A DNA stretch of 64,000 nucleotides, from NCBI GenBank assembly GCA_034417075.1, contig DAOULU010000012.1:211342-275341 (forward strand). The letters run 5' to 3'. Position 1 is the first letter of the stretch; each line of letters begins with the position of its first letter. The translations under genes were made by a program, and so were the position numbers. A model generated the notes under the pieces. The model searched no databases and was not told the origin of the DNA. It worked only from the letters and a program-made list of their open reading frames with translations. This document shows, piece by piece, positions 31,001-39,088 of this stretch. The DNA is from Anaerolineales bacterium. GTDB lineage: Bacteria > Chloroflexota > Anaerolineae > Anaerolineales > E44-bin32.

Positions 31001-32315
31001 GTTGGACCGTCTCACCGATCAACACACGAGATTGATGGACGAGTTCCTCAATTCGTTCCGTTGTTGTTTTATCTTTAAATTGCAGGAGTGAAAAATGACG
31101 AAGTAAAGAAACCACTTTTTGCCATTCGTTGATTTCAGTCTCTACCGATACCGTCTCTTCGAAACATTGAGCGAGGTCCTTTAGGAAATTGCCGGAACCA
31201 TTATTTTCGATATCCGTAATGAAAGATTCGAATAGCCGCTTGCTCCAGTTTGTGATCGATCCTTCGACCGTAGAGTCAACGATTTGTGCGATCGCTTTAA
31301 TTCCATCTTCGGGATTCGTATTTGATGTATCGGACTCGACAGGATCGATAATCGTTTTTGTGATCGCACGTCCAACGGCAGATGATGTACAGCCGCATGA
31401 TTGACGGATGCATAGTTCTGTGGGGATATTGACGAGATCTGGGACAACGCCACCCTGCAATTTGGTTAGTACGATGTTAACTGCATGTCTGCACTGCTCT
31501 TTTAAATGTTGGCGGACTGTGGATAATGGTGGAGTAGCAGCTTTTGCAATTGCTTGGCCATCAAATCCAGCTATGGCTACATCACCAGGGACTTCTAGTC
31601 CCCGGTTTCTCAATGCCCACATCGCAGCGAGGGCAATCGAGTCGTTTACACTTACAATCGCGTCAAAATCTACATTTCGCTCATCGACGAATAGTCGTAC
31701 GGCATCTTCGCCTGTAGCTGCATCCCAACTACCTGGCTGCGAGAGTAGATCTAGGTCTAGTTGGATGTTGGATTCTGAAAGCGCATCTTTATATGCCTGG
31801 AATCTCGTTTCTGCTCCGATCTGTCCTTCAGGTCCCCGGATGAAAGCGATACGTCGATAGCCATGATCTACGATTAGATGACGTACCAAATTGTGCATGC
31901 CGACGTAGTTGTCGGAAAGGACCGTCGGGATGCCATCGACCTGCTGGCCGATGCTGACAATCGGTTTGGATATGAACTGGTGGCAAAATTCACGAAACGT
32001 GTTCTGTGGGACAGAAGTTCCAAGTCTTGCTCCATAGATTATGATGGCGTCGATGACATCTTCGCTCGCAGCTCGAAATAAGGAACCGATTGGATTGGTG
32101 TTCCCATGCGATTCATCGATTAAATCGACCGCGATCGTCACAACATTGGCGTTTCGCTCATGCGCAGCTTCAACAACCGCAGTCCACATGGCCAAACCGA
32201 AATGGTCTTCCATTGCGGCAGTGAGGAAGGCAATGGTAGGCAGCGAGATTGAAGATTGGTTTTTGTCGCCATTGTTAGCTGGACGGTCTTGTTTCATATT
32301 TGGTGCCACTAACAT
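28050..32315 (-). CDS. soluble hybrid sensor histidine kinase paralog: LacI-type domain, GAF-like, PAS, GAF, PAS, HisKA, HATPase, REC
   Basis: 1421 aa, co-linear with 19847..24103. H-box [23 protein letters not shown] / [13 protein letters not shown]. Confidence 0.9.
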   Translation of the reverse strand: MLVAPNMKQDRPANNGDKNQSSISLPTIAFLTAAMEDHFGLAMWTAVVEAAHERNANVVTIAVDLIDESHGNTNPIGSLFRAASEDVIDAIIIYGARLGTSVPQNTFREFCHQFISKPIVSIGQQVDGIPTVLSDNYVGMHNLVRHLIVDHGYRRIAFIRGPEGQIGAETRFQAYKDALSESNIQLDLDLLSQPGSWDAATGEDAVRLFVDERNVDFDAIVSVNDSIALAAMWALRNRGLEVPGDVAIAGFDGQAIAKAATPPLSTVRQHLKEQCRHAVNIVLTKLQGGVVPDLVNIPTELCIRQSCGCTSSAVGRAITKTIIDPVESDTSNTNPEDGIKAIAQIVDSTVEGSITNWSKRLFESFITDIENNGSGNFLKDLAQCFEETVSVETEINEWQKVVSLLRHFSLLQFKDKTTTERIEELVHQSRVLIGETVQQIETRQSLIYDRQYANMRETTRALSTAHELDDLLEILHRNLPRFGIRSCYLSLYEGAYALQEDDLQTEPSLLRMILAFDENGRLALETDAIAPSATILPRKEIGSRKKISSFVVKALESADEPLGVVLFEIYPPDGRACDMLQEQISSSLNYALLLRARQQEHELLQQAYTEAEEQVIEKAIELEFEIVDREQAQQALTREQYLLHLLMDQTTDVIYFKDQEGRFIKVNPVCAKIHGKESPDEMLGLTVFDLYTEEHAQEAFKDEVRLLDTGEPIIGKEEKETWPDGHETWVSTTKLPIRDEKGKITGTFGISRDITESKRAEQELRRHAAHLEAINTIISLTSTAVDFQELLKIALDLSLHALDLDMGLIWIHPHAVFRELLPSENESPHYHYDPESNNLPEIVIVNDWQEVAEEDPRYGFFEAILKPHDVRTSITVPIKTEGGNRIGGLCIASPNAFEWTTEETTLLQAVGYQVGIAAERLRLMEQIHEQMKQVQQITDTVPDGVLLLDSNNRVILANPAGTRDLHVLAKTSVGTEISHLGGYPISKILQEESDVPWHEVNASNRIFEIIAQPINTPGASKNWVVVIRDVTHERETQRQVQQQERLAAVGQLAGGIAHDFNNLLTTIMLYAQMPLRKQQLPNDLKKPLETILSESRKAADLVQQILDFSRHAPIERHPIDLGPFVKEAVRVLQRTIPENISLYIEIDPDEYLVESDPTRIQQVLMNLVVNARDAMSEGGVLRVGVSSVIVHEEDSDDDVPVPGITPGKWFCLSVKDTGTGIPEDILPHIFEPFFTTKAAGKGTGLGLSQVWGIVKQHEGFIKVDSTVGEGTEFLVYLPIHQSAEKFEILPTDNIDIPKGTGERILLVEDSQHVREVSEEMLRDLGYEVVAAKNGREALDLFSQNGDFDLVFTDVVMPEVGGVALLHSLRDMGSTVKTIAVTGHMLAKDLQELRNDGVSGIIFKPLEVKEVADEIRKVLDGK

Positions 32316-32337
32316 TTCTCCATTCCGCTAGCTTATG

Positions 32338-32787
32338 CTATTCCTCATCCAGTGCTTGTCGAACTGCGACGGCTAAGATATCAACGTCGTATGGTTTGTG
32401 AATGATCGTTTTAACGCCGGCTTCCTTTAATTGATCCAAATCCTCAGCCAATATGTGGCCCGTCACTGCAAGCGCTTTCACCTGCGACCCAGATTGGCGT
32501 ATCTTTTGAAGCATAGCTGCGCCGCCAACTTCAGGCATCACGACGTCAGTAAATATCAGATCGATATCCTCTGACTGGTTAAAAACTTTAAGTGCTTCTA
32601 GACCGTTCGATGCACAAAGAACTTGATATCCTAAATCCTCTAAAATCTGCATTCCGACTTCACGCATCAAGTCATTGTCCTCCACAAACAAGATGGTTTC
32701 CCCTTTTCCTTGTGGGACGCCTCTAATTGTTTCTTCTTCTTGAAGATTGAAATCAGGCTTTTCCATAGAAAGTGGAGGTTCACTCAT
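32338..32787 (-). CDS. stand-alone receiver (CheY-like) domain protein, homologous to the C-terminus of the adjacent hybrid kinases
   Basis: [21 protein letters not shown] and HKPYDVDILAVAVRQALDEE closely match the REC of 24184..27972. ATG 32787 overlaps the stop of the upstream transposase-like ORF by 8 nt; the ORF track starts at TTG 32829. Confidence 0.75.
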   Translation of the reverse strand: MSEPPLSMEKPDFNLQEEETIRGVPQGKGETILFVEDNDLMREVGMQILEDLGYQVLCASNGLEALKVFNQSEDIDLIFTDVVMPEVGGAAMLQKIRQSGSQVKALAVTGHILAEDLDQLKEAGVKTIIHKPYDVDILAVAVRQALDEE

Positions 32788-34018
32788 TAAAAAATCCTTT
32801 TCCCTTGTAAACCCACCAGGCGTGAGCAATCATTGATAAAGTAAAATGACGATGCCAGCTGTTCCAGCGACGGACTCCATAGTCGTCCATCTTAAAAAAT
32901 GTGCAAGCTTCTGCTACCATTTGTTTTAAACTTCCAAGTGCATTGGTAATCGTTGCGAGATTTGTCAATGACGAGTCTTCTGTGGCGTTCGATATAAAGT
33001 ACGCAGTTTCACAGCGTTGACTTACCGATCGGCGCGCTAGCAGCCACACTTCATGGGAGGTGTCCCCATCAGGGTGTTCAACGACGCGATCTGATGCCCA
33101 ATCGAAGACACAAAGTTCATCGTCATTGGTGCCGCCAATCAAGCGTTTCCATTTTTGCTCGGGCCAAGAAGAGACGATTTTGAAAATTGTGGGTTCGACA
33201 GATCCATTTTCCCCTTTGTCCGATATTTGCGAATCGTCATCGGGATCGGTCTGCCGGTAAGTAGAATCGGTTTTTCGGCCGGGAAGAATGTAATTCATAC
33301 CTGTCGCCTGGATGACGATGCGCAAATTCGGATCGTCGCAAAAAGGTTCCGCACCAACAATCCACTGCATCGGTGTTCCAATGGCATGAACCGACTGAAG
33401 CATATCCAGGGTGAGATCGGATTTGCTTCGATATTCAATGTTCTCGGGAATTTTCGCTTCTCGTCTTCGCTTGTGATCTTCAGCCCATTCCACGGGGAGA
33501 TAGAGACGACGGTCGAGGAATGTTGAACCTTTGGCGGAGGTGTAGCCTAAGAATAAGCAGACCTGGCAATTCTGTTCTCTGTTGATTTTGTGGTTGAATT
33601 GTGGCTGCACACCGACGGTCTTTGCCCCTTTTTTCGGAAAATATGTAACTCCGATGAGACAAATGCCATCCTCGTCCCCTAATTCTGATACGATGAATTC
33701 CTGAAGACGAGAATGAACGGCTTCATCGTCCCATTGCGCACCAAAAAACAATCTTTGGGCGGCTTTGGATGATTTATTATTGTTGGAAGTTAATGGATTT
33801 CTTCCGCGAGACTTGCGCTCCGCATTTTGGAGTAGAGACTGTACATAATGCAGTGCTTGTTGTCGCGTTTCGGTCCGCGCGAAATATTCATCGAATTGAT
33901 CGTGGAAAAATTCTTCGAACTCGGACCATTCACACGATCGGTCGACCGTTGAAAGAGAATTGATACCAACTTCTGAAATACTTCCGCCTCTTCCGTTCAT
34001 CACCCAAATACTTTTCAC
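32780..34018 (-). CDS. IS701-family (DDE) transposase-like protein, possibly catalytically degenerate
   Basis: Co-linear with the IS701 consensus as I recall it: FARTETRQQALHYVQSLL..ERK, FPKKGAKTVGVQ, NCQVCLFLGY, LYLPVEWAEDHKRRREAKIP, WNSWHRHFTLSMIAHAW. No terminal inverted repeats found. Only 27-45 nt separate it from the upstream gene. Confidence 0.7.
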   Translation of the reverse strand: MKSIWVMNGRGGSISEVGINSLSTVDRSCEWSEFEEFFHDQFDEYFARTETRQQALHYVQSLLQNAERKSRGRNPLTSNNNKSSKAAQRLFFGAQWDDEAVHSRLQEFIVSELGDEDGICLIGVTYFPKKGAKTVGVQPQFNHKINREQNCQVCLFLGYTSAKGSTFLDRRLYLPVEWAEDHKRRREAKIPENIEYRSKSDLTLDMLQSVHAIGTPMQWIVGAEPFCDDPNLRIVIQATGMNYILPGRKTDSTYRQTDPDDDSQISDKGENGSVEPTIFKIVSSWPEQKWKRLIGGTNDDELCVFDWASDRVVEHPDGDTSHEVWLLARRSVSQRCETAYFISNATEDSSLTNLATITNALGSLKQMVAEACTFFKMDDYGVRRWNSWHRHFTLSMIAHAWWVYKGKGFFNE

Positions 34019-34045
34019 AAATCACGGATCAATCAACCTTCAAAA

Positions 34046-34438
34046 TCAAGATAGGAATTCAACGATTTGTTTAATGGCCTGATTCGTCATGCGTCGGTAG
34101 CTGTGGTCTGGTGGTGCAATAACCGCAAGAATCATTTCCTCGCCGCCGGCTTTTAAATATCGACAAACCAAACGCATCCGATTGGAATCAAGAATGGAAA
34201 ATTCATCAATTTCTGCGAGCGGAAATTGATCACGTACCTCTTTGCTCATTCTTTTAAGCATCGCAATCATGGCTGCGGCTTTATCAGTATCGAAATTCGC
34301 AGGTACGGTTGCGATCGGCAACCCTTCACCGCTGGCAAGAACGGCGGTCTCAAATTGACCTTGTTCGTGCAAGGTGAGCAGCAATTCGTCAAGCGTTACT
34401 GGTTGGTACGTGGCCGAATCAACTTGTTGATAATTCAT
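34046..34438 (-). CDS. Roadblock/LC7 (MglB-like) domain protein
   Basis: 130 aa, single-domain size, with FETAVLASGEGLPIATV...MRLVCRYLKAGGEEMILAVIAP, the typical Roadblock pattern. Confidence 0.8.
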   Translation of the reverse strand: MNYQQVDSATYQPVTLDELLLTLHEQGQFETAVLASGEGLPIATVPANFDTDKAAAMIAMLKRMSKEVRDQFPLAEIDEFSILDSNRMRLVCRYLKAGGEEMILAVIAPPDHSYRRMTNQAIKQIVEFLS

Positions 34439-34471
34439 TGTAACCTTCCTAAAGCCACAAATTATCGAATG

Positions 34472-34963
34472 CTAATTTTCGCCAAACAGACTCTCAATTT
34501 CCGTGGTCAATGCTTGCCCAAATTCATCATCGACAATGCGTCCCTGTTCCTTTTGTACGCGTTCGAACTCCGCAGCAAGCGGGAGCAAGTTCTTCACGGC
34601 TTGGCCTGTGAAAAGGCGTACAAGACCGATCTGGACTTTTGTGCTGAATAAGACGACGAGCAAAAAACTACCGGCAACGTTCGAAAGATAGATATTCTGA
34701 TCGTCCCCTTCGTGGAACATGAGTTTGAAGGGATTTTCCTCACCGATCTGGCGGGCAATCTCTGCCGTGGCAGCCATGTTGCTGGCGGTTAAAGCAGAAA
34801 GGATCACTGGATCAAAGGTCTTCGTAAACCCTTGTTGGCAGATCAGCTGTCCGCTGATGTCTGCCAATAAGACGCAGCAGGCTTGGGTTTTCTCCAGCAA
34901 TTGCGATAAGATCTTGATGATCTTCGTCATCAGAGCTGGGGGTATGACTACTTTATCTGACAT
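34472..34963 (-). CDS. Roadblock/LC7 (MglB-like) domain protein
   Basis: ATG 34963 is preceded by a gggagg RBS. ACCVLLADISGQLICQQG...FLLVVLFSTKVQIGLV fits the Roadblock pattern. The longer ORF to 35086 is unlikely. Confidence 0.8.
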   Translation of the reverse strand: MSDKVVIPPALMTKIIKILSQLLEKTQACCVLLADISGQLICQQGFTKTFDPVILSALTASNMAATAEIARQIGEENPFKLMFHEGDDQNIYLSNVAGSFLLVVLFSTKVQIGLVRLFTGQAVKNLLPLAAEFERVQKEQGRIVDDEFGQALTTEIESLFGEN

Positions 34964-35144
34964 TGGGTACCTCCCGAGATTGGTTGGCGTTGACTTTCGA
35001 GTTCGAAGCTCTGCAGGTTTCGTTGGAAGTCCCGCCGAATTTCCGATGGAGCGACAGAATTTGGATGTGTCCAAAGGTCGTCCCATCGTCTAGTTTGTGA
35101 CGGGTATAGTTTAAATTCCCAGGAAACATGCTCGTAACACATGG

Positions 35145-35927
35145 TTATGTTCTTCTCCGCAATCGTTCGATTGCAGCTTTCAGGCTGACTCTCATTCGCT
35201 CAATCGATCGAGCAAGATCCTCCATCTCGTCGCCAGTGTCGGCAACAATGGGGCTGTCTAAATCGCCTCGACTGATGCTCTCGGCTGCCGAGCTGAGGTA
35301 TAAAGCTGCACTCGTCAAGCCACGACTGATCGTCAGGGCGCTCAAAATGCCGATAATGATGCCAATGGCAACGACGATAATTGCGATTCTCATGATGTTG
35401 GTGATCTGACTCCCAATAACGTTGAGAAGTTGGTTCTGCTCGACTTCAACCACAGAGAGTAATTCATCCATCGCAGGTCTTACAATTTGAATGAAGAAAA
35501 TATCGGCTTCATCGATGTCAAGTAATGTGCTGGTAATGTCATTCGGATTAGATTCATAGGCCGATTGTGCATTCTCAAGATATTGGTGGTAGATCGCGAC
35601 CGCTTGTTCGATGTCCGATAAATAATCTGAATATTGAGCGCTTGAATTTTCGACTATGTTTGTCCACTGTTGGTTGTATTCTTCTCGAAGATCAGCGAGC
35701 GCTGTTTCTTCTCCGGTTGCAATATGATGACTCAATGATGTCCGTTCCATCAGCAAGAGTCTCATACCTCTTTCGACAAATTCAATGGTTTGCAGCGCTG
35801 TGATTGAATCTCGCGTTGCGTTGGTTAGCGTGTTTAATCCGAGGAAGACCCCAACCCCGATCAAGACTAGCAAGACCAGAGGGATTCCGAGACCAATTCC
35901 CAATTTTCTCCCGATGGTCAATCTCAT
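35145..35927 (-). CDS. membrane protein: two TM helices, helical extracytoplasmic domain and HAMP domain, with no output domain
   Basis: TM1 [25 protein letters not shown]2 [27 protein letters not shown]-like [50 protein letters not shown]. The ORF ends ~15 aa later. Confidence 0.8.
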   Translation of the reverse strand: MRLTIGRKLGIGLGIPLVLLVLIGVGVFLGLNTLTNATRDSITALQTIEFVERGMRLLLMERTSLSHHIATGEETALADLREEYNQQWTNIVENSSAQYSDYLSDIEQAVAIYHQYLENAQSAYESNPNDITSTLLDIDEADIFFIQIVRPAMDELLSVVEVEQNQLLNVIGSQITNIMRIAIIVVAIGIIIGILSALTISRGLTSAALYLSSAAESISRGDLDSPIVADTGDEMEDLARSIERMRVSLKAAIERLRRRT

Positions 35928-36012
35928 CTTTATTTAGATCTCCTTAATCCTTGTCGTAGAACGGACTCTTACCCTTATACCCGATATGGCAGACCGCTGC
36001 GTTTCAACTGTG

Positions 36013-36801
36013 TTAAATACTTCGCAACAAATCTAGCATGATCTGTTGAAAACGCATGCGTTGATCTGAGTCCTCAATTTCCGTGCTCACCTGTTCCACC
36101 AGGTCAGCAACTTTGTTTCGCGGAAAGGATTCTCTGGTTTCATTCAAGTCGGCGATTTTTTCATCAATTATCACCGGCCCCATTGGGCCGATCACTTCAA
36201 TGAATTCGTCATTAAGTCGATCGAAAAACTCGTTGTCGATGGCAGTTATGGGCAACGACTTCGATTCTTCGACGATCTCTAGCAGTCCCGTCTTTACAAG
36301 CCCGGCAAGGACGTTTGCGGCTTTAAAGTCTTCCCATCCCAAGGATTCGGCGATGTCGTCGATTGTGCGTACTCCGTTTACCTGCGCCAAGACCTTCCAT
36401 TCGTCCGGTTCCAAGTTGATCGCCCCCGTCGTTCCTTGGGCAAGGTTGAAAACCGCCTCCATCGATGGAATGACGTCCTTAATTTCGGACCATCCCTTGA
36501 TTCGTTTTTCCCCTTCACTGAGGAGCACCTCTGTTGACGTCGAAATGGACTCCTCTGGTGGTTCAATACCGCTCACGAAATTGAAGTTCCCATGCAGCCA
36601 TGATAGTAGGAAATAGAAAGCTTCTTCTCCCATTTGTGTCCCGGTGATGACATGAACGATGTTGCCATTCCGTAAGAAAATCTCACCGGTATTGCTCCCA
36701 TCCGATAAATCAAGTTTTCCCGTTTGACGCCCTGATTTTAATAATTGAATGATATTCGGGAGTGACAATTGGTTTAGATCACCCCGTAGAGCTTCTGCCA
36801 T
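36013..36801 (-). CDS. PATAN (DUF4388) domain protein
   Basis: N-terminus LRGDLNQLSLPNIIQLLKSGRQTGKLDLSDGSNTGEIFLRNGNIVHVITGTQMGEEAFYFLLSWLHGNFNF is the DUF4388/PATAN signature. ATG 36801 overlaps the upstream stop (TGATG). Confidence 0.8.
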   Translation of the reverse strand: MAEALRGDLNQLSLPNIIQLLKSGRQTGKLDLSDGSNTGEIFLRNGNIVHVITGTQMGEEAFYFLLSWLHGNFNFVSGIEPPEESISTSTEVLLSEGEKRIKGWSEIKDVIPSMEAVFNLAQGTTGAINLEPDEWKVLAQVNGVRTIDDIAESLGWEDFKAANVLAGLVKTGLLEIVEESKSLPITAIDNEFFDRLNDEFIEVIGPMGPVIIDEKIADLNETRESFPRNKVADLVEQVSTEIEDSDQRMRFQQIMLDLLRSI

Positions 36802-37238
36802 CACACGACTCCCTCATTAATGGTTATGTACAAACGCCAGGATATTTCATCGACATCGTCTTCCTGCACGATCCGGATGACCTGTTCTTTTGGTGCAATA
36901 TTGCCTAGTTGTGTTTCGAATTCCGGTCCGGATAAGTTTACATTCAATGTCAGTCGAAGAAGGGCGATGTCCACATTTGATTTGCAGATTACGACGAGCA
37001 AAGCCTGGTTGAGGTCGCGAATCAACACCCGGATTCCTTCATACGTCAGATCAAGTTCTTGAATCCCGTTCTGTATCCTGGCAGCGATTGCTTGCGTCAC
37101 TTGACGGCTGATTCCACGCAAAACCGCGATATTCAGGTTCCCGGGAACAGCGTTCACGATCACGTTGCCGTGATTGTCACAGATGAACGATCCGAGTACA
37201 CCGTCCAGTGCGTTGATTTCAGCGAGTACTTGGTCCAT
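36801..37238 (-). CDS. Roadblock/LC7 (MglB-like) domain protein
   Basis: 145 aa with LDGVLGSFICDNHGNVIVNAV...ALLVVICKSNVDIALLRL, the Roadblock pattern. Begins 9 nt after the upstream gene. Confidence 0.8.
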   Translation of the reverse strand: MDQVLAEINALDGVLGSFICDNHGNVIVNAVPGNLNIAVLRGISRQVTQAIAARIQNGIQELDLTYEGIRVLIRDLNQALLVVICKSNVDIALLRLTLNVNLSGPEFETQLGNIAPKEQVIRIVQEDDVDEISWRLYITINEGVV

Positions 37239-37247
37239 GTTGATCTC

Positions 37248-38258
37248 TTAGTCGGCCGTGAAACCAAGGATGAATGGACCTAAGCCCAGGCGCTTGATTG
37301 TGTCGTCGTATTTATCCTTTACCGCCTTCATTTCGGTCTGGATTCTATGTTCCAGATCCGCGGCTGCCGGTTGGGAGGCCAGCTGCTCGATTGTCGTGCT
37401 CAGGCAGTCGCTGAGACCTTTACTCAAATTCTTGGCATCGCCGCTGTATTGGATTATGCCGTCCTTGTATTGGAACAAACCGGCGAAGGGATCCAGAAAT
37501 GGATATTCGTTGGCCTTCTCGATCATGACGTATTTGAATGTCTCGAGGAACTGGCCTGCGCCGATTGTAGAGTCCGACATTTTCTCGATCGTACCAATCG
37601 TCTCACCCCACACGGCAAGCAAGCGTGGGAGATCGAAACCAGCTTCGATCTCTTCGCTCTCGGCAAACGAAGCTTCAATGGCCGCGTTGTAAACGTTGAA
37701 GTCCGCTCCCAAAGCTGAAGCATTCTCGACGATGTGAGGCAGAATCGCATCTCCGGATATCGCCTCATCCTGCATCGAGAGGATGCTCTCGACGACTTCA
37801 CCGTTTTCGAGGAAGACAATCGCGACGCCATCACCGCCTGTCATCCTAACCTCGATGTAGCCGGTGTGCCCCTCATTCTTCAGTTTCGAGATGAGTTTTT
37901 CGAGGCTGGTGAAGTCTGTGTTGAGATCCTTGTAGCGTACCTCGCTTCTCACGGTACTGGCGAGCATGGTTACCTTCTTTGGTGAGAGGCCATACACGCT
38001 GATGGAACCGTCTTTTTGGTTGACTTTTGTCGTAATGCTGCCGACGGCATCGTGGCTGGTCTTTCGTTTCCCGCTCACCTCTTCGATGGCATTGATGATG
38101 TTCCCATTGTCCATGAAAAGTGCGGCTTCGTAATCCCAAAAACTGATGTGAACGTATCCGGTGAAGCTGTTGGACTTGAGATCCAGCAATAATTTACCGA
38201 AACTTGTAAAAGAGGTATTCAGATTCTCGTAGATTGGTTTTCCCTTTGGTAATAACAT
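37248..38258 (-). CDS. hypothetical protein with two divergent PATAN/DUF4388-like repeats and a helical C-terminal region
   Basis: Repeats FGKLLLDLKSNSFTGYVHISFWDYEAALFMDNGNIINAIEE and LEKLISKLKNEGHTGYIEVRMTGGDGVAIVFLENGEVVESI. ATG 38258 has an aggag RBS. Domain call is tentative. Confidence 0.6.
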   Translation of the reverse strand: MLLPKGKPIYENLNTSFTSFGKLLLDLKSNSFTGYVHISFWDYEAALFMDNGNIINAIEEVSGKRKTSHDAVGSITTKVNQKDGSISVYGLSPKKVTMLASTVRSEVRYKDLNTDFTSLEKLISKLKNEGHTGYIEVRMTGGDGVAIVFLENGEVVESILSMQDEAISGDAILPHIVENASALGADFNVYNAAIEASFAESEEIEAGFDLPRLLAVWGETIGTIEKMSDSTIGAGQFLETFKYVMIEKANEYPFLDPFAGLFQYKDGIIQYSGDAKNLSKGLSDCLSTTIEQLASQPAAADLEHRIQTEMKAVKDKYDDTIKRLGLGPFILGFTAD

Positions 38259-38351
38259 TGTGTTTCTCCTATGAGAGCTAATCTTTGTCGAAACGGTTGC
38301 CTTCATTCGACGATTGCTCGAATAGTAGCATCCGGATTTTTCCTCAACGCA

Positions 38352-39062
38352 TCAATCTTTATCCTTTCGATGCCTTCTCTTCGTGACTTGTATTGAATTG
38401 GCTGTGGCACTTACTGGGATTTTTGGATCCATGGACAAAACCGTAAGCTGTTTTTCGGACGGAAAGACGATCATTCTCCAACCCTCGCCGGACATGGTGA
38501 TTTGCTGAAGCGCTCCGGCGTTTAAAAGGATACCTAATTCTTCTGCGCGTCTCCCGGTAAAAGCAGTGAGAGCCGCCGTCGCTTTGGGATCCTTCGTTGA
38601 CTCGAAACCTATGATGTCACCGTATTTCGATGCAACGAGTGCACTTTCGATGCCATTGATGCGTGTGAAATCTTTTACCATCCGTACAGCAGCTTCATGT
38701 TCGGCTTTCTTTTTTTCCCGATCGGCATCTTCATCGTCACTGCTTTTCATCAGGGTCTGCTCGTCGATGCGTCGCAGCCCTTCCAACAGCAAATGGGACC
38801 AGTTGGTATCTACGCTGCGTTTCGGCGCGCGTATGTCTTTCGTTAATTCGAACGTCCCATCTTCCCAGGTTAGAAGTTCGAAGATCACGTCTTCTCCTTC
38901 TTGCGAACCCAGCGTCATGTGGACGATGTCCCCCTCATCGAAAAACAAGGTTCCCTCTTGATCCCGATGTTTCACAAGGAGACGTGCTTGATTCATCTCA
39001 TTGCAATTAATGCTGATCAGACTGGATAGACTGATGTCAATTAAATTCCCCTGAACTGCCAT
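38352..39062 (-). CDS. PATAN (DUF4388) domain fused to a Roadblock/LC7-like domain
   Basis: N-terminus QGNLIDISLSSLISINCNEMNQARLLVKHRDQEGTLFFDEGDIVHMTLGSQEGEDVIFELLTWEDGTFEL (PATAN). C-terminus INGIESALVASKYGDIIGFES...WRMIVFPSEKQLTVLSM (Roadblock-like). ATG 39062 avoids overlap with the GTPase gene. Confidence 0.75.
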   Translation of the reverse strand: MAVQGNLIDISLSSLISINCNEMNQARLLVKHRDQEGTLFFDEGDIVHMTLGSQEGEDVIFELLTWEDGTFELTKDIRAPKRSVDTNWSHLLLEGLRRIDEQTLMKSSDDEDADREKKKAEHEAAVRMVKDFTRINGIESALVASKYGDIIGFESTKDPKATAALTAFTGRRAEELGILLNAGALQQITMSGEGWRMIVFPSEKQLTVLSMDPKIPVSATANSIQVTKRRHRKDKD

Positions 39063-39088
39063 AAGCGATTGCCTTTGTTTCCTATGAT

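Larger units (their letters stand above)
19847..32829 (-). repeat. tandem array of three full-length paralogous hybrid-kinase genes plus one receiver-only unit
   Basis: Three co-linear proteins share long near-identical peptides (e.g. [25 protein letters not shown] in two, [25 protein letters not shown] in the third). The 32338..32787 receiver matches their C-termini. Confidence 0.75.

Noticed and set aside
34964-35086. N-terminal 41-aa extension of the Roadblock ORF 34472..35086
   Set aside because: The internal ATG at 34963 has a gggagg RBS and gives a protein of normal Roadblock size. The extension has no features.
36083-36616. 177-aa plus-strand Ser-rich ORF
   Set aside because: Antisense to the PATAN-domain gene, with low-complexity composition. 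Similar antisense ORFs occur throughout 18.6-40.8 kb (e.g. 37258..37692, 38566..38961, 40062..40538) and were all discarded.
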